DNA of 20,000 nucleotides from Vermamoeba vermiformis (Eukaryota): NCBI GenBank assembly GCA_045837725.1, contig JBEWZL010000089.1, positions 109,139 to 129,138 of the forward strand, read 5' to 3'. Shown piece by piece: positions 10,341 to 20,000 of this stretch (position 1 is its first letter; each line of letters starts with the position of its first letter). The notes under the pieces were generated by a model. It saw only the letters and a program-made list of their open reading frames with translations, ran no database searches and was not told where the DNA came from. The position numbers and the translations under genes were made by a program.

Positions 10341-11348
10341 ATGTACTCTACGAGGTAAAATAATCTACTTGATCTAGCATCATTAATATTGTAAAGCGAT
10401 CGTATCGATTATTAATGCTTCTTATTAAGTGACGATTTTTTCGTTGAGGATGGCAAGAGCAATTCTAAAGCCAGAGCATCCGAGGACGATAATGAATGCT
10501 GCCAAATTGGATCTCACGACCTTTGCAAAGTGCAGGAAATTCATTGCCATTGTGGATATTTATTTATTTTAATATTTTTATACGCTGGCTTGGCTGGCTT
10601 TATCGTCATGGCTTTTGCTCTGGCTAACGCGAACAATTGGATTTATGAACAAAATCAATGCTATAGTGCCTATGTTACCAAGCAAGCACAGTGCGTTTTA
10701 CAACAATTAGTAGTCGATAATACTACTACTGCCGGGCGCACTCAGTTTTACTGGATCGCTCACACTTTGGAATTCCCTAACGTGCGGTTACGCGCTTGGC
10801 CTGATTGCCGGTTTATTATAAGAGACTACGAAGGTCTTCCAGAGCAATCATACGGTGCGAATCTTACAACTGGAGCAACGGTGGACTGCTGGGTGCCTGA
10901 CAATTACGGAGATGCACCCGTGAACTCGACCACAGATTCTGTTCTCACGACGACTGTATGGGAGAGCAACACGGCTACTTATGGATTTAAAGTTGCCCTC
11001 GGTCTTGCTATTTCATTTGTTGGATTATTTGCCCTCTTGTCTTACGTGACGATCGCTTTCTCTAAAAAGATGCGCGAGAGTTGCTGGGTCAAAGAACGAA
11101 GCGACAATGTGCGAGAAACGTGTCACGCTAACGGACGCAATTTTTGGAACCCTCTCAACTTCTTCTGCACGGCAAACCCGCTGTTTTGCTTGAAGTTCTG
11201 CATCCCCTTGTTGACGCTTTGGAAATTGGTCTGGAACATCATCGTAGTCGCAGCTGCTATTGTTCTAGCAGTAATTTTACTCATTATCTTCGTGTTCCCT
11301 AGCTACGGCTCATCGTACAACTACAACTATCGGTACAGCGGTTGGTAA
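10341..11348 (+). CDS. Uncharacterised membrane protein (about 310 aa; exons 10341-10354, 10430-11348) with three predicted TM helices and a Cys-containing loop
   Basis: ATG 10341 plus a phase-2 intron at 10355-10429 joins in frame to the long ORF. Hydrophobic segments YLFILIFLYAGLAGFIVMAFALA, VALGLAISFVGLFALLSYVTIAF and IIVVAAAIVLAVILLIIFVFP. The loop between TM1 and TM2 has 4 Cys and N-glycosylation sequons (NTT, NLT, NST). Confidence 0.8.
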
Positions 11349-11603
11349 ATCAGCACGGAGTTAATTCGTTGTTGTTGTTGTAAAATAAAGTATATTTTGT
11401 ACACGAGCATTATTATTACTAAGGATGTAATATAAGTCCATTAGTTACGTAATCGAAAACTTGCCTTTTTTGGTGCAATATCGGTGGATTCGTCCTAATC
11501 GAGCAGTTCAAATTTATGCCGAGCCAAACGGCCAGATTATTAATTTTGTGATACGAACTGGTACCTCAATGCATCGTAATGCAGCTGTACTGCGGTAGAG
11601 GTG

Positions 11604-14600
11604 ATGGAATCCAAATACAAAACGATGAAAAACAGAAAAACGAAAGAAAGCGAAGGTAGAGCGAAGTTCGTACGATTTAGCGAGTCGGTAAGCATAAAAT
11701 ATAATGTTGAAAATATTTATAATCGACTGGTTCATTAATTACGGTATTTAAATTAAGAACCTCATTGCCAGCTTTGTTAATGACGTACCCATTACGGCCG
11801 ATAGTGCCAAACCAGTAAGACAATTTTCTTCGAGTCGATTTGTTGGCCCTGTCATTAGCGTAAGTTTAATTAATCGCGAAAAAAATTAATTAACTAATCT
11901 GGCAAAAGGTGCAATCAATTTTCGAGAGCTGTGTCGAATATGCCTTATTTCCAATCAATCCATACCCGAAAAAATATAGCCAGCAGAAAATATTCAAAAA
12001 AATAGAAAAACTCTTCAACTTACCTACATCCGAGGCTAGTGCAAGGTTGCAACCTTTAGCAGGATATCAGGTATGTCTTTGATCGCGCTTATCTCGTTAA
12101 GTTTGATATTTATGCGGTTCCAGTCCGTTCAATTGCGCTTAGAAGCTCAATTCGCAATGCTCGATCGACATCCGTTCTACTCTCCGCAATCCTTTGAAGA
12201 AAATGCCAAATATGAACTATGGCGAGAACAACAACGAGTTCGCATCCGTAAAACACAAACGAAAATAGAACAGAAACTGGTAAGATTTTTTTCCTCGCGA
12301 TCCTTTTTTTGACACTTGTCTCGTTGTAGGAGCACGCCAATACACCTCGCATTCCAGAAAAAAATTATAATCATATTGAAGAAAGGTAAGGAGCAGCGCA
12401 TTTGCTTTGGCGTGGCTAACAAACGCTGGTCTCAGGATCCAATATGAATTTTTGTTGCGGCTCTTAGTTTCTGCGAGTAGTGGCCGAGAGGAAGAAGCTA
12501 AAAATCGGGTTAAATTGGTAATAACAAATTTATTCGCTTAATTATGCAATTTTCTGACAATTAATTTGATTTATTAGGAGCCATTTTTGAATAGGCTACA
12601 GCAATATATTACCTCACTCGAAGACGAAGCGCTAATAGACTTAATCAGTTTTATAGAGAAAGGTAATTGGTACTGCGTGCAGACCGTGCATTATTAATGC
12701 ATCATCAAATAGATAATGAAGCTTCATCAGTCAAGCGGTACCTGACGCCGCTGAATTCATTCTCGTACTGGCTATTAGAAGAATATGAAGAGAGGACAGG
12801 ACTAGGAAGGTTATATAGGCACACGGGGTAAGCTCATAACAGTCTATAGTCTACGGCACTGACGAAGTGTCCCAGGCTGCTTCATTTGTTGTTAACAACG
12901 AACAACTTCTCGCGTGAAAGGTTGGCGTTGATATTGTGGCAAATGCAGTTGTGCGCCAAAGAAGTCAAACGAAACACTTACAATAGAATCGAGGTACGTA
13001 GAACAATGTTGACGTCGATGCGATCTCACACGTGCTATTGTAGTTGGATGACTTTCGCAACATTACAGAAATGTTAACCAAAGATACAGACCACATGATG
13101 CTGAATTTGTTCCGCTACTACGGTGACGACAAGCTCGGGGCTAATTTGCTCAACAAAATATTGGTCACGCTCTTTGAAACGAGCAAGGCGTTGAAGATGG
13201 AGATATTTAAGTCCATCAATTATCAAGAAGTAATCATCTTCAGTTTGGAGGTGTGTAAAGCTATTGCCACGGAGTTGAGTCCCGCGAAATTCTAATTAGT
13301 TTGCAAATAGTATTCGATACGCAGTTTGTACCGCGATCTTCTTGCGAGTTGCGAAGAAGAAAGAGAGGCAATCACGAGAAATCCCGAGACGAGTGCCACT
13401 GACGAGGACAAGCTGCTCGAGAAAGAGATCGAGTCGAAGATGGAAGATTTGACCTCTATTCCCACTTTTCCTGGTAGGTACTTGAATGCTACTCCATCAA
13501 CCATTACTAACGTTATCGCACAGGAGCTAACAAGCGGAGCGACAGAAGTTTGTCGCCGAAGCAGCTGTCTGCCATGTGCCGCCTCGTTCCCTCAGCTGTG
13601 ACCAAAGCAGCGAGCTACAACGACATATTCAGCACACTCGATATCGATCTGCAGGCTGAGTGTCGCCGATATTTTGTCAAATTGTTGACTGAAGATGTGA
13701 AGAGGCTAGTGGAGGGCCGCACTGTTGAGGTGTCGTGCATGGACCTGCTCGATCTCTGCAGCAATTTTTATGATTTTAAAAAGCAATTCGAGGCGACGAT
13801 AGACGAGTAAGTTGCTGTCAAGTGCAGGCTTAAGCGAGAACTAATGCTCTTACAGACTGGAACAAATAGGCGTAGGAGACATCACCGTTCAAACTCTATT
13901 CGGTATGTTGAAGAAGTATTGGGCCATCGAGTCTTTGGAGTCGTTGAAGTTGACCTTTGCCAAATGGCTCTTTAAAGAGAAGGTAAGTTTCAGTGCATAG
14001 AATCGCTTGTCCGTTAACTCTTCGTGCAGTGGGAGGAGCGCGAAAAGCCGATCATATCGATCGATCAACTTTTCAAAGCATTTGAAGAGTACTGCAAAGT
14101 CATCAAACAACTCGAAGACAGAGACATATTTGACGATAACGAAGGCATGCGCAAAGAGTTGCGAGGCGTAAGTTAATCGTATAATATATCCGGTTCATTG
14201 CTCTAACATTACACACGCAGTTGATTGGTCTGGCGATCAAGTCCTACGCCGAGCAAGTGTACAACATGTACTTGCACAGCTTTCCATCCAAAATTCACGA
14301 TGACTTGCATAACTTGCTCGTGCCCAGAGCTGAAAACTTGACCAAGAAAGCCAAGCGGTACGTTCTACTTGTTACAATATTCGAGTCTAATAATAGCGTT
14401 CTAGGGAGTCTGCATCCATAGAAGACCGCTTGAAGTCGCTGAAAACAGCGTCTACTCCAGACCTGCGCGTTGACAGCCCGAAGAATGCCGAGGTCGAAAA
14501 TGCAATCAGGTGGCTGGCTCCAAAAATTACACCCGCGAAGAAAGTTATGAAGTTTTGGCGATCGAACAGAGTGGAGATAACCGGAGCGGTAAGTCTATTT

Positions 14601-15252
14601 CCACAACGGATCCGTACTTAAAACTTCCAGATGTGCTCACAAATCAACACGATATCGTTCCTGCTCGAGCGCACGATTGAATTCAACAATCAAACTAAGT
14701 TGGAGACGGGTCTGTCGGGCGTCATCACCATGTTAGAACAGTTGGAGTTTTCAATGCTCAAAATGATTGCTTATTGCGTACGTGCCTATTGTGTCACGAC
14801 GCTTGCTACTTTGCTAACTCACATTGCTCAGTTCAACGCACTCATTCCTGAGCTCGTGTTGCAAATGAAGTCATTTTCTGCGGCCACGCAGGAGGTTTCG
14901 AGTTACTTGCAAGCGCAGTTCAGCGCGCTACAAGTCCATCCAAAAGCACGTGCCACATTGCGCGAGATATCATTGCTATTATTGGAAAGTGTTGTAAGTT
15001 ATTTAACTGAGCGTATTTATTATTGAGTTTCCGCGCTAACTCTGTGGCTAGGGCAAGGTCAGCAACAAGGAGATGCTGTCGGAGCTGCGCATGTTGTACA
15101 AGGATTATATCACCTCGTCAACACCAATCAATACAGAACTATTGAAAACTTGGGGAGGTGTAGAAGGCAACGATAATTTGTCAACGAGTGCAGATTCACT
15201 CATCCGTACTGCCTCTTTCAAGCTTGATAGCAAAAAGAAAAAACCTTTGTAA
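11604..15252 (+). CDS. Large alpha-helical Munc13/PATROL1/Ync13-like (MUN/MHD, CATCHR-type) vesicle-tethering protein, many exons
   Basis: The exons traced by hand between ATG 11604 and TAA 15250-15252 join in frame. SFEENAKYELWREQQ resembles the DFxxxxEYxxWxK motif of PATROL1/fungal Munc13 homologs. WLLEEYEERTGLGRLYRH resembles Munc13 IVDEFAMRYGVESIYQ. CSQINTISFLLE resembles the MHD CxxMNNI motif. No C2 domain was recognised. The family call is from remembered motifs. Confidence 0.6.
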
Positions 15253-15643
15253 ATAAACGATCGAGTAAGGTACCCTTCATGAGCTCAGATCGTTTCGAAC
15301 GCCTGGTGGTTATAGAACGGAATAATTTGTTTGTCTGCACCGAAAAAAATCTTCCCGCCAGGAATGCAAGTAATAACGCGAATGTTGATCTATGGTGCAA
15401 CAGAAGTCAGCCGAACAATTTCTGCTACGCTTATTTTTGCGCAGCGCAGGGTTGATCACAAGAACAGAACAAAGTAAACAGAACGATACGTCCGATAGGT
15501 AATGAAACATCCTTTAAATTAGCTCAAGAATAATTAAATATACGTGTTAATTATATTTTTCGTGCCCACTAAATTGAATTAATTTTTTTGACAAATATTG
15601 TTTTGATCCGGATTTAATTTTGATTCAGAATACAGGCCGTAGA

Positions 15644-18600
15644 ATGAATGTTGCCAATATTACAATGGACAAATACACCAGTCAGCTAGCAGATTCTGTT
15701 TACAAACATGAATTTACGGAGCTGCTTCAAAAACTCATTGCCGACTACTACAACGTAAACAACCTTCCGTATCAATTGCAAACAATCGGCTCTCATGTAC
15801 ACGGAGCGTTACCTTTGGCTCCTGGCCAAGGCTCGGTTACACCGGTTCTCTACCATCTTCTGGGAGATTTAGAAGGCACGGAACTCTTCACCAATTTTAA
15901 GCAATGGGTGACTTCCTTGATTGCAGCTTTTGGGGACCAAGAAAAAAAGCTCGGGGCTATTGTGCAAGGTAAACTCAATGGCTCGTTTTCGGTTTTGCAG
16001 GACTAATGCCTTTCGCAGTGTCGGGATATGGCAAAACACATCTTGCTCGGACGTACACGAGTACTCATCGTGCTATTTACATTCTATTTACCAATGAACT
16101 TGCATCGGCAGATGACGCACGGAATCACCAAGACAATAAGAGAAAAGTACTTGAGTTCTTCGATGAAAAGTTTGCTGCTTTTAAAGACGCTGAGACCTGC
16201 CTTAAAAACGTAAGTGATATGGCTTGGTGACTCGCGTTAATGTGTTGCTGTGTTAGGTCAACTTGGACGACAGCTCTGTAGTCGAGAAAGAGTTCGCTCG
16301 AGTTCTGCGAGTGTCAGAGTTGTGTCGAAGAATTGTTAGATTGTTTTTACTCGCTGCCGTGGAGTATTACACTGACTTCATCGAGAGTAAGTTAGATTTC
16401 ATCTTTTCAGCTTCATAACCCTTTTTCTTCAGTCGCAACACCCCTGATCACCGCGTTTCATCCTGTCGGCAATGGAACAGCCCCCGATCATCCAGATGTG
16501 CTGAAGCTCGGCTCTCTTCTCTTTAATAACAAGTGCCTATACTTTTTCCTCAACAGCAAGCTCCCATCGCTGTACACTCATTACTACAATGACATGTGGT
16601 GGGATAGCTACATCGAATACGTTCGAAATCGTCAATCAGAGTACAGAATCTGCGCTATCTTTTGCGACGAGGTCCATGGAGTACTTAAGCGACATGTTGG
16701 ACTTTGTTTGCACGAAAATGTTCACCAAGCTATCCCTAGAGATTTGCCAGTGTGTAGTAGCAAGCAAGGCAACTTGAAGCAGATCTTCGACTCCTATGAT
16801 GTGGACAAAGATGGCTATTTGCTCTTGGCAGACTTCGAACGGCTTTGCAATGAAAGTTTGCTACCAGGTTTGCCGGAGTCTCCATCCATGTACTGGCAGA
16901 ATGATGTCGCGTTACAATCATATCCCGCAATGAGTTTTAGTAAGTGCGTGGTAACTTACCAAACACTCGATGACTAATGCGTCATGTTTAGCTCATTTTC
17001 TGGGATTGTTTTCTTCAACTGACGCCCAAGAAAAAACGATAAGATATGATGCAAAGGTACTAACGATATTATAATGTTGAAATAACTAACGTCGTCAGTT
17101 GCAAATGTTGCGACGCCGAAAGTACGAAGCAAACGAAGCATCTACATGTGGAAAAAACCCAGCATTTGAAGCACAGTATCATGACGTTATTAGCGTCTAC
17201 AAACACTCGACTTCTCTGACATACCTCATTGCAAACAGCTTGGATTTTATGACAAAGACACTCAGAAACTTCTCCGTATGCACTTGAATTCGTTTCATAA
17301 CCTAATTTCTAATCCATGGTAGAGCATTTGCTTGACAACCAACTACAGTGCAATTCAGTATTACGAACAAAATAACAATACTGCCCGTGGATCATTGCTG
17401 TTCAATGTTTTCAACTTTGATCGAGATCCAAGCCACCTTTTCAACCAATATTCGAAGCTAATCGAGCATCATTTTGGCAAATATTTAACAACAATATTAT
17501 CTGACGCTAAATTACGTGATGCATTCTCAATACGTTCACTCTACATGGCTTATGTAAGACCTTGAAATACTATAGTTCCACATTCTCACATTTCATCAGT
17601 TGTTTGGTGCTTTGCTAAAGAAGGCAAGCAATGCTAGTGAGGCTCTTGAAGAAGCAATTCGAGATTGCAAAGATCGTGCAAGGTCCTATCTTGCGGTACT
17701 TGAAGGCCCTCCATTCTTACAGGTATGTCTGAAGAAGAACACCAACAGTATGGCTAACACACATTCAGTTATATCATCAGGCTGTTCTCTCTGTGATGCT
17801 GCATAATTGTGTCTTAGCACAAAGCTTGGATCCAAAGCATGAGTTAGATCATGGGTGCCTGCCTGTTGTAAAAAAATCATTGGATGAAAAGCACTTTGTC
17901 ATCAAAGACTATTTTATGTGTGCTGAAATACAAGAGAAAGTGACTGCAAATTATGACCTCCTTGCCACGGTAAGCTCTGCTTTTAAGTAGCTTAGACGTA
18001 CTGACAGAATAGGCAATACATACATGTTTCAATGACCAACCCAACCTGGCTGACAAATTTGGTGACGCTTTGATGGCTTACATTGCATTAAAATACAATG
18101 GAAAGTCATTGCGATCAATCTCTGTACCTCAATCATTCTACACACAAGGTCCACAAGATGCCGTGCCTCGTTCTTTTATCAACAATGCTGTAATACAAGT
18201 TGAATCTTGCATGACAACCAACGAATTAGATGTTGATGATTTAATGCTGCTGAATGACCCACTCAAATATATGAAGGGCAAATTGGTTAAATTACAGGAT
18301 ACTACCAAGCCTGATGGGCTTTCTCTTACAGTGTCTGGCTCAAATCTCATTGCAACAGCATGGCAATCAAAGTACTGGGCTTTCACAATTTCTGCCAGTG
18401 ATTTGACCTCTGCTGCTTTATCTCTAAATCCTGCACAGTTCTTTAAAGAAACTGATAACAATTCAACTACTTGGAGGAAGAATTTAATGCAAAACAAACA
18501 GCTCAACCAACTCTGGATTGGCAAGTACATACGAGTGAGTTGCTGTCACTTCTCTATTGGCCATTATTAATTAGATCCTTAGGTTTTTATTGCGCGTAAA

Positions 18601-19044
18601 TTTGTTCCAAGTGCAGTTAAGTTAGTTGACTCGTGGAATCTACATCCTGAGAATGTTGACTATCCAATACTTCTTGTACAATTTGAGGATCATTTAGTGA
18701 CTGATATTGAAAAGGAGCTTTTATCAATGAAGCAAGTCAAAGAAGATATGGACTCAATTAAAGAGAAGAGTATCCACTCAATCAAAAAAGAAGAAGAGGA
18801 TGGCACCTTAAACAATAAAGCTAAAAAAGGATTCATGATAGCCTTACCTGCTGCAGGGGTAGAGCTAGAACTTCACCAAGAAGAGAAAAAAACTGCTCCA
18901 ACAGCCTCAGCAGAGCCAAGGCACATTACGAAAGGATCCAAAAGAAAGCATGAGGAGAGCTCAAGCTCGGAAGGCAATAACTTGAGTGCTAGTGAAGATG
19001 GCAGAGCAAAAAAGCGTAGAAGGTTAACGACAAAGTTAAAATGA
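15644..19044 (+). CDS. Crinkler/RHS (CR)-like effector: P-loop NTPase + EF-hand insertion + PD-(D/E)xK restriction-endonuclease-fold domain + basic NLS tail; multi-exon, start codon uncertain
   Basis: Walker A AIVQ|VSGYGKT is assembled across intron 15969-16018. Walker B ICAIFCDE at 16648-16671. EF-hand loop DVDKDGYLLLADF at 16798-16836. Sensor-like strand SICLTTNYS near 17323-17349. Nuclease motifs KPDG (18307-18318) and AWQSK (18358-18372). C-terminal KRKH and RAKKRRR. Stop TGA at 19042-19044. Confidence 0.75.
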
Positions 19045-19330
19045 TGAGTTTATTGTTGTATTTTTTACTAAAGATTCTTTATATTGTTCGTTGCGTAGAA
19101 TACTACACAATAAAATTACTGGAGTGCCTCCCATTATCTCATTTGTATTACAAATGTTAGGAATTAAAGGGTGTTTAGGGCCAGGGCTGGCCAGTTTTTA
19201 AAATTTTATATATTTTATATATATTAGGCTACCCATCTTATGGGTTATGGGGTTTTGACCACTTACGGTCAGGATTCATATATGTAAAAGGGCCTGGCCA
19301 TATAGGGCTAGCCTTAAAAAGTTGCTGCAA

Positions 19331-19593
19331 TACTGTAAACTGCCAAATAAGTCGAAAAAATAAAGAAATTGAAACAGTTTGGTTTATTCGTTTAACATTC
19401 GATGAAATTTGACTGACACTAAATGCTCTTCGCTTCCATTCAAGTCATTTGATATTCCGCACACTTTAAAACTTTTTGCAACGATGTCGGCTGGGACACG
19501 ATTCCACGCAGATACTATCCAGTTGACAACAAGTTGCTTGGTGGGGCTCTGAAACACTGTTTGGTTAGCTCTCCAGCGATCATTAATATAGCT
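19331..19593 (-). mobile_element. 5'-truncated pogo/Tc2-like (DDE_1) DNA transposon: transposase C-terminus plus putative terminal inverted repeat and TA target site
   Basis: The minus-strand frame 19593-19384 is open for 69 codons: SYINDRWRANQTVFQSPTKQLVVNWIVSAWNRVPADIVAKSFKVCGISNDLNGSEEHLVSVKFHRMLNE*. This matches the pogo/POGK C-terminal consensus (P....V..W...AW..V....I.KSFK.CGIS..LDGSED). TA|CTGTAAACTGCCAAATAAGTCG at 19331-19354 resembles Tc2-type C(C/T)GTA termini. Confidence 0.85.
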
Positions 19594-19821
19594 TTAGGGT
19601 TTGGGGGTGAGAGGGTTAAAAATAAAATATTGTAAAAAGTAGCTACAAAGTTTCTATAGCTGTTTTTTTAATGTCATATGATAGGCGTACGAAAATATGA
19701 TGATATTTAGATTTAAGCCGCCAAGGGCAGCCCAGTTAGAAAAGAAAGGTAGGATTAAAAAGTAGGGGTAGAAATCAGTTTTAAGCAAGTTTGAGGAGTC
19801 GGAAGTTAAAAGGTTTTCTTT

Positions 19822-20000
19822 TTAGGGTTAGGGTTGAGGGTTGAGGGTTGAGGGTTAGGGTTGAGGGTTAGGGTTAGGGTTAGGGTTAGGGTTAGGGTTA
19901 GGGTTAGGGTTAGGGTTAGGGTTAGGGTTAGGGTTAGGGTTAGGGTTAGGGTTAGGGTTAGGGTTAGGGTTAGGGTTAGGGTTAGGGTTAGGGTTAGGGT
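19822..20000 (+). repeat. Telomeric (TTAGGG)n array with four proximal TTGAGGG variant units
   Basis: TTAGGG x2 (19822-19833), TTGAGGG x3 (19834-19854), TTAGGG, TTGAGGG (19861-19867), then 22 perfect TTAGGG (19868-19999) to the window end. The G-rich strand runs 5'->3' toward the end, as expected for a right telomere. Confidence 0.98.

Noticed and set aside
15392-15498. Possible extra 5' exon (MVQQKSAEQFLLRLF...) for the CR-like gene
   Set aside because: It could splice in frame only to a weak acceptor near 15642. Without transcript data it cannot be supported, so the start was left at ATG 15644.
1-20000. Prokaryotic-type operon, CRISPR array or alternative genetic code as an explanation for the fragmented ORFs
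   Set aside because: Fragmentation is explained by short GT-AG introns. TAA, TAG and TGA all serve as stops, and no regularly spaced repeats exist apart from the telomere.

Overview
Gene-dense, intron-rich eukaryotic chromosome end. Introns are mostly 45-70 bp GT-AG, the genetic code is standard, and Asn-rich low-complexity tracts are present; a protist, possibly an amoebozoan, is inferred but not established. The window terminates in a (TTAGGG)n telomere at 19822-20000. Eight protein-coding genes all lie on the + strand pointing toward the telomere: (1) the 3' end of a gene sharing a near-identical C-terminal block with (2) a MORC-family GHKL ATPase (GHKL-S5-CW zinc finger-Tudor-like); (3) an S10 serine carboxypeptidase (SCPEP1-like); (4) a secreted Zn-dependent CDA-fold deaminase with a His/Gly tract; (5) a divergent SLC14/UT-type urea transporter; (6) an unknown three-TM protein; (7) a Munc13/PATROL1-like MUN-domain protein; (8) as the last gene before the telomere, a Crinkler/RHS-like P-loop NTPase + PD-(D/E)xK nuclease protein with an EF-hand inserted right after Walker B and a C-terminal NLS. 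Between gene 8 and the telomere is a 5'-truncated pogo/Tc2-type transposase fragment on the - strand (missing from the ORF track), cut off at a degenerate telomere-like patch. Gene models were spliced by hand and family calls rest on recognised motifs, not database searches.
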